Origin: a virus
IMG/VR virus record: IMGVR_UViG_3300006921_000010
Span: 7,768-71,767 of that record
Length of the DNA: 64,000 nucleotides
Reading direction: 5' to 3' (one strand)
The translations under genes were made by a program, and so were the position numbers. The notes beneath the pieces were generated by a model. The model made no database searches. It saw only the letters and a list, made by a program, of their open reading frames with translations, and had not been told where the DNA came from. The number at the start of each line of letters is the position of its first letter. Positions within the stretch are counted from its first letter, which is position 1. Below, in pieces: positions 10,476-21,282 of the stretch.

Positions 10476-12383
10476 CTAATTTCCTCCAATTAGTCCCTTC
10501 TCACTTAATTTATCAAAGAGAAGATATGCTTTAGAATCATTACTAAGAGACAGTGAGTCTTGGTAATCTTCTTTATTCTCTAGTATATCATCAACTTTAA
10601 TCTTTACGCTATCCACAAATGAATTAATTATATTGGTAAAGTTTTCTTTAGCAGATTTTACTAACTCTTCGGATGATATTTCCCCTCTTTTAAACTTAGC
10701 CGCAACTGACCTAAAAGGTGTTCTTGCATAATAAAAATCTAAAACAAATAAATAGTGAATCATACCAGAGGGTGTAGGAGTTCCACTAATTGGTGGTTTA
10801 TATCCAGTAGTATAATTTTGTAATGTTTGTTCTAAAGATGTTGAAACACCTTGAACCTCATCTGCTTGTCTAAGTATTTTAAGACCGTGAACCAAATCTC
10901 TCATATCTTGATTTTTCATTCCGGCAGGGGTCATAAACTTATATCCCCCTTCTATTGATTTAAACGGACTACTTGTTCGTAGCACTCCTTCTAATAATAC
11001 AGGCAATCTATCATCAACAGTTTCAGCATTATAATATTCCATTAGTTTATTTGGAATTGCTCTTGGATTTATGCCACTAAGCCCTTCCATAAATGTTTTT
11101 TCTTCTTCTGAAAATAGGTTAGGTATTGATTGTATCAATGCATTATTTAATTTAGCAAAATCATTTTGGTTTTTACCCTTTAATTTCTTAATAAAAGACG
11201 TAAGATTGCGATTAGTATTGTTGTATATCTCCTGTAATTCTAGTATTTCGTCTTTACCTACACCACCGATAGAAACAGGGTCTTTCGCTTCTAATACTTC
11301 CATTAGTTTAGGACTATTATATCTAATATTAGATTCGACAGACCCTTGTTGCATTAGATTAGTTAAATTAAAAGTAGAAGTTTTAAATAAACTTCTAAGT
11401 GAACTAGATAGGCTAGGGGTTTCTCCACCTAATAATAACTTATTAGCATTTTTAGTTACTTTAGGACTACCCTTTTGTATTTTAGGTTTAGGAGTAAACT
11501 TTATTCCCTTTTTATATCCTCTTGAGGTTATAATTTCCAAATAGGCTAAAGCATGTTCTGGACTACTTACAGTATTAGTGTAGTTTTTCTTTTCAGCATT
11601 CTTTACTTTAGTTTTTACTTGTAATGATACATTATCATCATACAACTCTAACAAAGGAGATTTAGTAAACTTACCTGTTTTTTTGAATATAATTAAATCC
11701 TTTTTCTTTTTAGCCTGACCTTTAATTTGGGATACTTCTAATGCTAATTTCATATCAGAAGCAGAAGTTTTATCTGGGAATGTTAATTTAATTCCATTTG
11801 TAGTATCTATTTTAATATCTGTGTCGGATAATTGACTTCGTATAGTAGATACTTTATCATCCCAATCATCATCAGAAATAGGTTTACTTGCTACTAATGA
11901 AAACTCGTTAGTAACATAATAGAATAAGTCTTTATCATTCATATCAATGAAGTTTAATATAGCACTTTTGTTTTTCTTTAATAATGAAACCTTTTCTGTT
12001 CTAGTTTTACTAGGCATGTTTCTATATTGTGTATTGCCTACTAATTTAATTAACCCTTTCTTATCTTCATTTTCAATAATAGTATTTAGTTTATCTTCTA
12101 GCGTTTCTTTCTTAGGTTGAGTTTTAGAATTACTATCTTTTATTATCTCTTCAAGAGCAATCACTAATTTTTCAGCGTTAGATTGTATAGTTTCCTCATC
12201 TAAGCCTTCTGTGATTCCTTTACCTGTTGCTAATTCTTTGGCTTTATTTTTGACTCCTATAATGTTCTTTTTATTGGCCCCATTTGCTTGACTTACCAGT
12301 AGTTGTAGTCCCGCATCTTGCGAAAGCATACCAACTATCGCATCAGGTTTAGGTAAACCCTTCAATATTGAGACCCATGACAT
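10476..12383 (-). CDS. Large hypothetical protein with WxxILK N-terminus
   Basis: 635 aa, starts MSWVSILK. Confidence 0.6.
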   Translation of the reverse strand: MSWVSILKGLPKPDAIVGMLSQDAGLQLLVSQANGANKKNIIGVKNKAKELATGKGITEGLDEETIQSNAEKLVIALEEIIKDSNSKTQPKKETLEDKLNTIIENEDKKGLIKLVGNTQYRNMPSKTRTEKVSLLKKNKSAILNFIDMNDKDLFYYVTNEFSLVASKPISDDDWDDKVSTIRSQLSDTDIKIDTTNGIKLTFPDKTSASDMKLALEVSQIKGQAKKKKDLIIFKKTGKFTKSPLLELYDDNVSLQVKTKVKNAEKKNYTNTVSSPEHALAYLEIITSRGYKKGIKFTPKPKIQKGSPKVTKNANKLLLGGETPSLSSSLRSLFKTSTFNLTNLMQQGSVESNIRYNSPKLMEVLEAKDPVSIGGVGKDEILELQEIYNNTNRNLTSFIKKLKGKNQNDFAKLNNALIQSIPNLFSEEEKTFMEGLSGINPRAIPNKLMEYYNAETVDDRLPVLLEGVLRTSSPFKSIEGGYKFMTPAGMKNQDMRDLVHGLKILRQADEVQGVSTSLEQTLQNYTTGYKPPISGTPTPSGMIHYLFVLDFYYARTPFRSVAAKFKRGEISSEELVKSAKENFTNIINSFVDSVKIKVDDILENKEDYQDSLSLSNDSKAYLLFDKLSEKGLIGGN

Positions 12384-12391
12384 TTAATCCC

Positions 12392-13378
12392 TCAAGCCAT
12401 TTCTTCATTGAAACTTGATTTGCTTCCATCCGGCTTTTCATAAAACATAGTAAACTCTTCATCACGCTTATTTCTAACAACATCCATAAACTCAGTTCTG
12501 AAAGTTTTATGATGCATTTCAAATCTATTAGATGCCGCCATACCTCTTGGTGTAATTTTAGGATAGCCTCTCATATTAGGTGTTCTTTTATCTAGGTTCA
12601 TATCAACAAATCCTCTATCTGCTAAAGTCTTAATGTATTTGCTTTTAGTATTTCTAGCAAGTGGCCCTATTCCTAATTCCATAAACAATTTTTGCTGTTG
12701 TAGGTATTGTTTTGGAGGGCCATCTGGCTTTATCTGTGATAATATTAACAATGCCGCTACTTCACCATTATTCAAATCATAGTCTTGGTCTCCTGTTCCT
12801 TCAGTCATTTTAGGATTTACATATTGTTGGAAGTTAGATTTTTCACCATAGTAAACATTTATCATTAATGATGGCTTACCAAAAGTGGTTCTACCTCCTC
12901 TTTTCTTAGGTTTCAAATCGTATATTACAGTAACTCCTATTTCATCTTCTTCTAACTCAAATGACCTTTGACCTGCCGCTATTTTAGCAGATTCTGTAAC
13001 TTGTGTTAGTTGGTCTTGTATTTGGACATTTCTTAACGAACCTGTTTCCCACGGGAAAGTCGGTGTTTTAGATTGAAGATTAAAAACAGTAACAAACATA
13101 ATAGCATTTTGCCTATTGCTTATACTAGGTCTCCAAGAATTACCTAATTTTCCGCCTATCATAATAGGATGTGATTTAACAGTTGTTCTAGGTGCGGCAC
13201 TAAGTTCCTGACTTAATGGGAAACCTGCACCAAATAAAACATCAAACCCTGGAATATCAGAAAACTGATGAATATCATATTTGTTTTTATTAGCATAAAA
13301 AGGAGGGGGTGCCTTTCTTATTATTTCTGTCCATCTCTTTAGTATTACATCTTCTCTAATTGTTTCGTTCCATTTCAT
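12392..13378 (-). CDS. Hypothetical protein, possible C-terminal winged helix
   Basis: 328 aa; two W-motifs at the N-terminus (KWNETIR, RWTEIIRK); LADRGFV...ITPRG is wHTH-like. Confidence 0.55.
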   Translation of the reverse strand: MKWNETIREDVILKRWTEIIRKAPPPFYANKNKYDIHQFSDIPGFDVLFGAGFPLSQELSAAPRTTVKSHPIMIGGKLGNSWRPSISNRQNAIMFVTVFNLQSKTPTFPWETGSLRNVQIQDQLTQVTESAKIAAGQRSFELEEDEIGVTVIYDLKPKKRGGRTTFGKPSLMINVYYGEKSNFQQYVNPKMTEGTGDQDYDLNNGEVAALLILSQIKPDGPPKQYLQQQKLFMELGIGPLARNTKSKYIKTLADRGFVDMNLDKRTPNMRGYPKITPRGMAASNRFEMHHKTFRTEFMDVVRNKRDEEFTMFYEKPDGSKSSFNEEMA

Positions 13379-13950
13379 TATAAGTCCTCCCTATATTGAT
13401 AGTATTCATCTGATTCACAGTCCCACGGTCTATAGCCATGATTACCGCCAAGACTTCTAACTACTTCAGCAAAATGCTCATCACATAATTGACTATTATG
13501 TTGTTCATTTTTATAGACAGCATGAGCATCACAATTTACTTCATCACACTCACACTCATCTTCTCCATCATCATTAAATGATTCTAATTCTGTATCATCA
13601 TCAAATCTAGTTTCTGGTTCTTGTGGTCTAGCCATTAATTTTGGTGCTTTTAACGCATTAAACCATTCACCATCATCTCTATTTCTTAACATTAATCTTA
13701 AATTAGAATGAGGCCTAACAGAATCCATTTCTGCTAATTTTAATGGAGGGGATACATACGCACCAAAATCATCATTCGCATTAGTTTTAGCGGCAATTAA
13801 AGCATCTACTAAATCACCACTATACATTGTTCCTTTAGTCTTTAAAGGAGGATTTTGTTCTAAATACTGCACCATAGCCATGTATCCATCTTCTTGTAAT
13901 TCAGCAAGAATAAGGTCATAGGTTCTGGAATAGTCTTTCTTAAGAATCAT
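13378..13950 (-). CDS. Hypothetical protein with Cys/His-rich C-terminus
   Basis: 190 aa; CEC..C..H...LCDEH. Confidence 0.55.
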   Translation of the reverse strand: MILKKDYSRTYDLILAELQEDGYMAMVQYLEQNPPLKTKGTMYSGDLVDALIAAKTNANDDFGAYVSPPLKLAEMDSVRPHSNLRLMLRNRDDGEWFNALKAPKLMARPQEPETRFDDDTELESFNDDGEDECECDEVNCDAHAVYKNEQHNSQLCDEHFAEVVRSLGGNHGYRPWDCESDEYYQYREDL

Positions 13951-14119
13951 AACTAAATCTCCTATTTAATTTGTTTTTTCTAGCCTTACAACCACAATCT
14001 TTACCTGTCGCTTTGGCTACTTTATCAACAACAGTTTTGATGCCTGTCGCCTTAGTAACCCTCTCAACAGTATCGCCAAGTCCGGTGTCCTCTTTTAATA
14101 GTTTATCTTTCCAACCCAT
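13940..14119 (-). CDS. Small protein not in ORF track (MGWKDKLLK...GLGDTVERVTKATGIK...DCGCKARKNKLN)
   Basis: Translated by hand, 59 aa; GLGDT...CGC..R...LN resembles a common small phage protein; fills the operon gap. Confidence 0.6.
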   Translation of the reverse strand: MGWKDKLLKEDTGLGDTVERVTKATGIKTVVDKVAKATGKDCGCKARKNKLNRRFSYDS

Positions 14120-14120
14120 T

Positions 14121-14666
14121 TCACCAATCTCCTATGAATACATTCTGCCTTTCTAATGCTCTTTTCACGTTCTGCCTCATATGCGCTTCTATCTTTCTAA
14201 CTACTGCGCCTCTAGCACCTGTTGTTATAATAAACTTAGTAGGTTTATCTGTAGGATTATGTTCACCATCATAAGTGCAACGTATTTTCATATGTTGAGT
14301 TTTTCTACTTACTTCAGGAGGCCACTCATCAATAGTAACTCCTGGGATTCCTTCTAATGCTGATTTAATTTTTTTCATTACTTTAGATGAAATAAACTTT
14401 CCCTTAATTATAGTAGATGCTTGACTTAATTTTTTTAACGCCTTTTCATCTAATTCATATAAATGATACAATTTTTTACTTTTACCTTCAACATGTTCTT
14501 TACCATTCATTAGAGTCCCATCAGGATGTTTATGAGTTTCACCAACATACTGTGTTCCATCTTCAAAGAAATGTCTTTCACCCATTCCTTTCTTTACTTC
14601 ACCGTATGTTTCGCAAGGGTCTTTACCGCACCCACAGTTTCGTTTAATTATTTTTTCCCACTTCAT
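14121..14666 (-). CDS. Hypothetical protein with WxxIIK N-terminus
   Basis: 181 aa, starts MKWEKIIK; CGCG..PC and HKHPDGTLMNGKEH motifs. Confidence 0.6.
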   Translation of the reverse strand: MKWEKIIKRNCGCGKDPCETYGEVKKGMGERHFFEDGTQYVGETHKHPDGTLMNGKEHVEGKSKKLYHLYELDEKALKKLSQASTIIKGKFISSKVMKKIKSALEGIPGVTIDEWPPEVSRKTQHMKIRCTYDGEHNPTDKPTKFIITTGARGAVVRKIEAHMRQNVKRALERQNVFIGDW

Positions 14667-14941
14667 TTAGACTCATTCCTCAACATTTCGGCTAACCTTT
14701 TTTTAACTTCTTCCATCTCAAACTCAGTATATCTTGGCATATTTCTATCAAGCCCTGGTAAGATGACTGCATCTCCCACTTCTTTCAACCTCATCCAAAA
14801 CATGTTAATTTTGTAAAGTAAACTGCTTTTTATATACTTACTACTATCCATACTTTTAACAGACATAGCCGCTTCATCGAAAACCGCTTTCATTTCATTA
14901 TACGAATATTTTCTTTCTTTTAGTATCTCTTCCCAACTCAT
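14663..14941 (-). CDS. Hypothetical protein with WxxILK N-terminus
   Basis: 92 aa, MSWEEILK; ATGA-type overlaps with neighbours. Confidence 0.6.
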   Translation of the reverse strand: MSWEEILKERKYSYNEMKAVFDEAAMSVKSMDSSKYIKSSLLYKINMFWMRLKEVGDAVILPGLDRNMPRYTEFEMEEVKKRLAEMLRNESK

Positions 14942-15636
14942 TGTAGTCTTTCCTCCATTTTTGATTTAACATCTAACCATACTTGTGGGTGGTTCTGTGC
15001 TAATACTTCTTGCACTACTTGCATTTGTGCGACTATAATTGTGTCTTGTCTCTTGTGGACAAGTTTACCTTTGAACTCCATTAAGTATCTCAAACTTTCT
15101 CTAATCTCTTTTGCTAACTTAGTTAGACTGTCTACATACTTAGGATGTATTTCATCTTGGTCGAATAGAATATCTATTTTTTGTTCTAATCTATATATGG
15201 TTTTAGTCAATGACTCTATTTCATCTACTTCTTTAACCGCAATAATACTTGCCGCAGATTTTTGAACCAAAGGTTGTAAGTGTTTTCTCATATGGCGTTT
15301 AACTTGTTCTTCTGAACAATCAGCAATTTGAGCAACTACGGCAGGAGTTATCTCACCTTCTTTCAATTGTTGTTCTATTAATCCTCTAATCTCATGTGTG
15401 CAAATATTACATTGAGGATTAGAAGAATCAAAATAATCTCCCATATGATTTCTTTGGTGTCTAGCAGTAGTTCCACTAGGCCAATTATATTGTTTATCTA
15501 AAGCATCAGGAGATATAGACATAGTTTCTAGTTGTGTCTCAATCTCTTCTCTATTATCGAGATTACAAACTTTACATCTTTTTCTTGTTACCATAGTATC
15601 AATAATCCTTGAATATAAAACTCTCTGCAACACCAA
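14938..15636 (-). CDS. Duplicated CxxC/HTH/HxxxH domain DNA-binding protein; possible terminase small subunit
   Basis: RCKVC...RHQRNHM and QCNIC...RHMRKHL tandem domains followed by a coiled coil; the TerS role is inference. Confidence 0.45.
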   Translation of the reverse strand: MVLQRVLYSRIIDTMVTRKRCKVCNLDNREEIETQLETMSISPDALDKQYNWPSGTTARHQRNHMGDYFDSSNPQCNICTHEIRGLIEQQLKEGEITPAVVAQIADCSEEQVKRHMRKHLQPLVQKSAASIIAVKEVDEIESLTKTIYRLEQKIDILFDQDEIHPKYVDSLTKLAKEIRESLRYLMEFKGKLVHKRQDTIIVAQMQVVQEVLAQNHPQVWLDVKSKMEERLQ

Positions 15637-15829
15637 CTAAAGTGTTCATAATATCTGGTGTGTTTTTGTTCTTTCTAATAAAGTTAAGTATAATAGAATC
15701 TAATGTCGCAACTTCATTATTGCCTGGAAGTTGTTGTGCCTCATTCCAGAAATGAGGATTTCTTCTTTTAAACTCAGAATAGATTTGTATTTCATTCTTC
15801 ATGATGACCTGCCAATTATTTCCATCCAT
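15599..15829 (-). CDS. Small hypothetical protein
   Basis: 76 aa in operon; NWQVIMK motif near the N-terminus. Confidence 0.5.
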   Translation of the reverse strand: MDGNNWQVIMKNEIQIYSEFKRRNPHFWNEAQQLPGNNEVATLDSIILNFIRKNKNTPDIMNTLVGVAESFIFKDY

Positions 15830-16962
15830 TTCTTAACCTCCTTTTTAGTTTTTTTAGATTTTTTAGCGTCTTTACTTACATGATAAACTACATCTCTACC
15901 CTTATATTTTTTACATACTCCTGTTAAAGTTGCTAGTTTCCTAGTTTGTCTTCTTGAAATGTCTAATTGAAATGTAGTTATTGTTCCGGCATATTTATTA
16001 AAATTAGCCGCACGTTTAATGAACCTACTTTGTGCTAATCCTTGCACATCAAACTTTTCAGAAGATATTTGAGAATGCATTGGTCTATCTTTCCAATGTA
16101 ATGTTTTTGGATTTATACCATCACCTGGGCTAGTGCTAGAACCGACCTTACTTGCTAACCAACTTTTTACTGCGGGTAATTTATACACATCTTCGGCTAG
16201 TAGCCCATCACCAGAATCATGAACCTTTAAAATAACATTGTGTATTTCAGTTTCTTTAATTAATTTCTTTGCTTCTTGACAAACACCTAACAAACCTAAT
16301 GATACCATATCACCATTTGTAGCAAACAATGCTTGCCACATCGGGGGTTCTGCTGTGTTTTTTCCATCTGTGCCTTCAGCATACCAACTAGAATCAACTG
16401 CTTCAATACTTTCTGGATTGATTTTACTGTTAGGAAGGTCTGCTAGTATTTTTCTAAAAGCAATATAATCAGGTGTTCTATAATGACCGTAAACTTCTGT
16501 AACGTCATCTTCATCATAATCTCCATTATCTGGGTTTACTTCACTTAATATAGGCACTGTAAATCTAATGTTTCTTGGGTCATTTTCTGAATCAGCCATA
16601 GCATTAAGTTTTTCAATTACTTCATCTAATGCAATTAAATCTACTGTTTCTAATACAGCAATATCATTTTCCCATTCTTCCATTAATTCAATTATAGTCC
16701 CTGCACCTTTATCTTTACTAACAGGACTTTTAGTGTAAGGTCTCGCCACAACTCCATGTGCGCTAACTATTTCTAATAATGTAGCACTAGAAGTTAATCC
16801 TAATTTAGAACCACTTGCTTTACAGTCATTTTTCCATTTATCAAAAATAACTTTAAACTTATCATAGTCAAAGTCCTGAGTTGCAGAACTGCCTTTTTCT
16901 TTAATTGGTCTTGAGGATTTTTTAGTTTTCTTTGGCATCTTCTTCTTCCTCCACTTCTCCAA
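15799..16962 (-). CDS. Hypothetical protein (likely start MPKKTKK at 16938)
   Basis: ~380 aa ORF in operon. Confidence 0.55.
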   Translation of the reverse strand: MEKWRKKKMPKKTKKSSRPIKEKGSSATQDFDYDKFKVIFDKWKNDCKASGSKLGLTSSATLLEIVSAHGVVARPYTKSPVSKDKGAGTIIELMEEWENDIAVLETVDLIALDEVIEKLNAMADSENDPRNIRFTVPILSEVNPDNGDYDEDDVTEVYGHYRTPDYIAFRKILADLPNSKINPESIEAVDSSWYAEGTDGKNTAEPPMWQALFATNGDMVSLGLLGVCQEAKKLIKETEIHNVILKVHDSGDGLLAEDVYKLPAVKSWLASKVGSSTSPGDGINPKTLHWKDRPMHSQISSEKFDVQGLAQSRFIKRAANFNKYAGTITTFQLDISRRQTRKLATLTGVCKKYKGRDVVYHVSKDAKKSKKTKKEVKKWMEIIGRSS

Positions 16963-17071
16963 ACTTTAAATTAAATAATGCATCTGTTGCGGGATTCGCT
17001 TCTCCACCATATGTAGAACCTGTTGTTACGGCAGTAGCAACTTTAAGTAAATCAAACCATTTGTGCGTCAT
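16922..17071 (-). CDS. Small protein not in ORF track (MTHKWFDLLK...)
   Basis: Translated by hand, 49 aa; carries the W-motif and fills the gap between two large ORFs. Confidence 0.5.
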   Translation of the reverse strand: MTHKWFDLLKVATAVTTGSTYGGEANPATDALFNLKFGEVEEEEDAKEN

Positions 17072-19307
17072 CATTACCATCTTCTTCATCCTCATCTTTT
17101 TTCTTTGGAGGTTCTGGGTATCTTGGTAATGGGTTGGCGTTTCTTTTCCTTTGCCTCTCTTCTTGATTTACCTCATTACCTCTCATTTCATCTATATAAT
17201 CCCAAAGCCTTTCTCTAGCAAGGTCTTGTGAGTTCATTTCATTTTCTGTTTGGAACCCTGTTCCTTTACCAGAGTCTGGAGATATTTGACTTGCTCTTTG
17301 CCATCTAGTCCACAAATCTGGGTATTTTTGCATCTCTGCCGGATTAAACTGACCTCCTGGCCCTACATATCCACCTCTTTGTTTGAAAGCATCTAATATA
17401 TCTATTTTCAATTTCATTTGTTTATCAGTAGATACACCAACATCTGCATAAAACTCTTCATTTTCTAAATTATCGCTTATTTCAGTTAATTTACTTTGAA
17501 CATGGTCTTGTATGCATATATGATAAGCCATAGCCAAAGTCATTCCTAAACCTCCAACCTGCACTCTTCTGCCATTTATTATCTTTTTACTAGGTCTATC
17601 TGGTTTTGCATCCCAATACTCTTTTGGTAAGAAAGATAACTTACCTGCAACGTTAGAGAAAAAGTTCATTTCGTTTGCAGGTATTCTTATTTCTTTATTA
17701 CCAGATACTTCACCACTATCTTCATCAAACTCTAAAGGTATAGTAAATCCTTTATCTCCTCCTACATCAGATTTTATATCATCTCGACTTGCGTTGTGTA
17801 AGTCTGCTATTGTAGGGTTATTGTTCACGTTTCCATAACTGTCTACTACTGATATTCTAACAGCCATAGCCTTCTCAATGTCTGAACAAGTAATGTTTTC
17901 ATCTATCCATTCCTCCATCATTCTTAATTGATAGTCATCTGTAAATGATGTTAGTTCTACATAATCTTTTAGGTATTGTCTAATTTTACCACAACAGAAA
18001 GTATCTGTTCCTACTGTTTCTCTTCCTTCTGCTAGTTTACTTGCCTTTCTTCTTTTTCCTGTGATTGGGTCTATGTTGTTATCTTTTTTCCAATCATCTT
18101 TCCATCTCTTCGGGGATTCTCTTTCTCTAATAGTATTATCATCTTCTGGATTTTTAGGCTTTTTAGAAGGGCCACCACCTGCGGGTAAAGCCATATCATC
18201 ATCATCTTTATCATCCCAACGTCCTTTAAACTTTAATAAATCAAACCAATGTGTAGTTTTGCCTTTCTTTATTTTGTCAAACATATTATCGCCTCGTAAA
18301 GTTTTAGCCCACGCGGATTTACTTAGTGGGTTTATTGGGTCTCCTCTAGGTGTTCTAATAAAGTATTCGCTATTCTTTCCGGTTAATCTTCCATCTTTAC
18401 TTTTAATGCGTTCTATTGCCGTTTTAATATAATCTGAAACACTACCGCTTTTATCAGATAATAACTCTTCCATATATTCTGGGGTTAAAGGCTTAAATCC
18501 TGTCTTCATTAATGGAGATTTTAATCTTTCATTAGCGGCCACAGTAATGTGCCACTTATCTTTATTCATTTGTCTGGCTTCTTCTAAGATTTCTTTAACA
18601 AGACCAGGATATTGTTTTCTAATTAAATCATTAACAACCGCTACAAAATCTGCTTGAGTTTTAGAAACTTGTAATTCTTGTAAAATACCTTCTCCCTCGA
18701 TAGGTTTGTGTAAATACTCTACTAAATAATTATTGTATTCTGGAAAATTGTCCTCTAAATAATTAACTTGCGAATCAAGAGTTTTATAATTATCAATCCA
18801 ACCTTTAGGGGGTTTAGGAATAGAAGCAAAACCTTTATCGCTCTTTTTATCTACATCTAATAATTGAGATGCTCTAACCATTTTTGATGCTCTACCAGAT
18901 TTTCTATCTATTGTGGTTTTTAACGGGTCATCAGTAGGCACTCTATTACCTGCTACATCTTTCATTCCTATTAATCCACCACGTATTATTAAATTACCAG
19001 AAGTCTCACCTTCTGTTCTAGTGTAAAGAGGAATGCCAGAATCTAAATCATAGTAAGTATGAGTAACCCATTTAGGTTCAAATAAATGATTTAATACAGT
19101 TGTTGTTCTACCAATAGAAGCATCTCCAGAGTTTCTATTTGTTCCTAAAGTCATATTATCAGGAAATGCTTGTTGTGGTTTAAAACCAAAAGGCTGTAAA
19201 AAATCCATCCAAAACTTTTGAGCAGTTTTTTCTGTCCCTACTTCTCTTCCTACTCCTAGTTTTTTTAGGATGTCATCATAGGCCTTTATTATACTGTCAT
19301 TATCCAT
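17052..19307 (-). CDS. Large hypothetical protein, possible multi-module polyprotein
   Basis: 751 aa; GGTGTG SD-like motif; internal W-motifs (AWAKTLR, HWFDLLK). Confidence 0.6.
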   Translation of the reverse strand: MDNDSIIKAYDDILKKLGVGREVGTEKTAQKFWMDFLQPFGFKPQQAFPDNMTLGTNRNSGDASIGRTTTVLNHLFEPKWVTHTYYDLDSGIPLYTRTEGETSGNLIIRGGLIGMKDVAGNRVPTDDPLKTTIDRKSGRASKMVRASQLLDVDKKSDKGFASIPKPPKGWIDNYKTLDSQVNYLEDNFPEYNNYLVEYLHKPIEGEGILQELQVSKTQADFVAVVNDLIRKQYPGLVKEILEEARQMNKDKWHITVAANERLKSPLMKTGFKPLTPEYMEELLSDKSGSVSDYIKTAIERIKSKDGRLTGKNSEYFIRTPRGDPINPLSKSAWAKTLRGDNMFDKIKKGKTTHWFDLLKFKGRWDDKDDDDMALPAGGGPSKKPKNPEDDNTIRERESPKRWKDDWKKDNNIDPITGKRRKASKLAEGRETVGTDTFCCGKIRQYLKDYVELTSFTDDYQLRMMEEWIDENITCSDIEKAMAVRISVVDSYGNVNNNPTIADLHNASRDDIKSDVGGDKGFTIPLEFDEDSGEVSGNKEIRIPANEMNFFSNVAGKLSFLPKEYWDAKPDRPSKKIINGRRVQVGGLGMTLAMAYHICIQDHVQSKLTEISDNLENEEFYADVGVSTDKQMKLKIDILDAFKQRGGYVGPGGQFNPAEMQKYPDLWTRWQRASQISPDSGKGTGFQTENEMNSQDLARERLWDYIDEMRGNEVNQEERQRKRNANPLPRYPEPPKKKDEDEEDGNDDAQMV

Positions 19308-19311
19308 TTAA

Positions 19312-19665
19312 TCACACCTTGTAATATGTTTTCTTTCCTGTTCTTCCCGCAGCAGGTTCTTGGAATGTTTTTACATCCATGTTATCTAACCTTTTTCTCA
19401 AAAATGATATTAAGTTTTCATCTGCATCTTTTAATCCTGGGTTTTTATCTCTTAGTGATTTAGCAATATCTTGTAAACTAGACCAATTATCATCTATTGT
19501 TTCAATAATTTGTTTATTTAATATATCATAGAACTCTTTGCTTTTCTTACCATGTTTCTTTCTAAGATAATCTAAATGGGTTAAGTCGGTAGGTTCTGCA
19601 TATTTTTGTGCTAGAACCTCAAACTCTTTTAGTTCGCCAGATTTAATTAATTCAAACCAAGTCAT
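19312..19665 (-). CDS. Hypothetical protein (MTWFELIK)
   Basis: 117 aa ORF in operon. Confidence 0.6.
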   Translation of the reverse strand: MTWFELIKSGELKEFEVLAQKYAEPTDLTHLDYLRKKHGKKSKEFYDILNKQIIETIDDNWSSLQDIAKSLRDKNPGLKDADENLISFLRKRLDNMDVKTFQEPAAGRTGKKTYYKV

Positions 19666-20210
19666 TATTCTCTACCCCAAAACCTTGCATTCTCTTGCCT
19701 CAATCCTTCTTCTTTGCCTTCTTCAAAGAAACGAGTACCATGATAAAAGTAATCCCATCTCCAAATAGCAGTCGCATATATTTCTGCATTTTCATCTGCC
19801 ATTTTTTCTACTAATTCCTGTTCTTGAGGAAGTAATTGACGAGAGTTTTCCCATATCTTACTGTATTTATTTAAGTCTCTTTTATTCTTTTTATATGTAA
19901 TATATTCTGCATCAGTAACAAAATATGGAATATAAGTCCTAAGAAAAGAATGCCAATTAGTAGTAGTTTGACCGCGACTAGTTTTTGATGCTTTAGGTGC
20001 AAACCGATAATCGTTTATTCTAGGAAGTTGTTCAGGGGGAACATAATATTTTGTTTTATCTGCTTGGTTAGCACGTTTTATCCCTTCTTCTTTTTCTTCT
20101 CTATCTAATTTTTCTTGTTCTCTTATCATTTCAGGCGCAAATCTTTTTGCATCACTGATAGCATCCCTAGTGGATATTTTTAGAACATTAAACCAAATTA
20201 TAGTAATCAC
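19665..20210 (-). CDS. Hypothetical protein (IWFNVLK)
   Basis: 181 aa ORF in operon. Confidence 0.55.
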   Translation of the reverse strand: MITIIWFNVLKISTRDAISDAKRFAPEMIREQEKLDREEKEEGIKRANQADKTKYYVPPEQLPRINDYRFAPKASKTSRGQTTTNWHSFLRTYIPYFVTDAEYITYKKNKRDLNKYSKIWENSRQLLPQEQELVEKMADENAEIYATAIWRWDYFYHGTRFFEEGKEEGLRQENARFWGRE

Positions 20211-20362
20211 TCCTTATTAACTCGCATTCTACCTTTACCACTTCTTCTAACACAAGTGGCACATATTTTTTTTCCTTTAGACTTTGCAGTAGGAGACATT
20301 CGGTTATAACACCCAGGATTTTCACACATCTTTCTATGCTTTATCATTGTAAACCACTTCAT
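20207..20362 (-). CDS. Small Zn-finger protein not in ORF track (MKWFTMIK...CENPGC...CATC)
   Basis: Translated by hand, 51 aa; GGAGG SD; overlaps both neighbours. Confidence 0.55.
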   Translation of the reverse strand: MKWFTMIKHRKMCENPGCYNRMSPTAKSKGKKICATCVRRSGKGRMRVNKE

Positions 20363-21282
20363 TATCCTCTCCTCCTACTAAAACCAATTTCTTCAAGCAC
20401 TTTATCGTTTAAATCTTCACCATTAATATATCTTTGAATATCCTCATAACCTGCGTTGTCTATGTATCTACTAATCATAACTGTCATTTCTCCTATGGTA
20501 GTGTTTTCTCTTTCAGGTAGTGTGCCTAAGTAAAACCTCTTTTGTTGAACATCCAGCATCCGTTTATAAATAAAGTCTACAGTTTCAGACCAAGCACGTT
20601 CCATTAACTGCGTAATTTGTCCCATGTATTCTACTACATTAGGGAATCTTATGTCTATAATTAACTTTTCCATGTGAGAAAACTCTTCACTTTCTCCTAT
20701 TGCCTCTTGTAGTCTATTAATTACACTAGATTTTGTTCTCCGAAGAGTATTATTAAAATCGTCTCGCCAATAATCTTTGTATTTATCTATTATTATTCTG
20801 CTTATTCCTTCAACACTTTTACCTGCATACCCTGCATATAATTCATCAAGTATAATTGTTGCTGCATGTTTTTTACACGCCGCTAATAACTTGCTAGTTT
20901 TTTCATCTAAATCAAACAGATTCTTGTCATCAATCTCTAATAGTAATCCAAGCATTATATCTGACATAACTCCACCTATTTCAGATTTTAAACCAGTATA
21001 CCCAGAAAGTTTATGGAATAACACATGTGCATATTCATGACTCAATGTATTGCTCATTTCTCTTATTACTTGTTCTTCATTTTCTTGTTCGTAATTACCG
21101 TCTTTATCATACAACATATTTTTCCATGCATTAGCACTTAAATTAATACTTGCTATGTTTCCGCGTGAAAACCCTGCCGCTTCTTTAGGCACTCCTCGAT
21201 AACCTTGTAAACCTTGTGAATCAACATCGGCATATTTACCATGAGAATACTTAAAGTCTTTAATTATGTTAAACCACTTCAT
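20362..21282 (-). CDS. Putative zincin metallopeptidase
   Basis: TLSHEYAHVLF (HExxH) with downstream DELYA; starts MKWFNIIK. Confidence 0.55.
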   Translation of the reverse strand: MKWFNIIKDFKYSHGKYADVDSQGLQGYRGVPKEAAGFSRGNIASINLSANAWKNMLYDKDGNYEQENEEQVIREMSNTLSHEYAHVLFHKLSGYTGLKSEIGGVMSDIMLGLLLEIDDKNLFDLDEKTSKLLAACKKHAATIILDELYAGYAGKSVEGISRIIIDKYKDYWRDDFNNTLRRTKSSVINRLQEAIGESEEFSHMEKLIIDIRFPNVVEYMGQITQLMERAWSETVDFIYKRMLDVQQKRFYLGTLPERENTTIGEMTVMISRYIDNAGYEDIQRYINGEDLNDKVLEEIGFSRRRG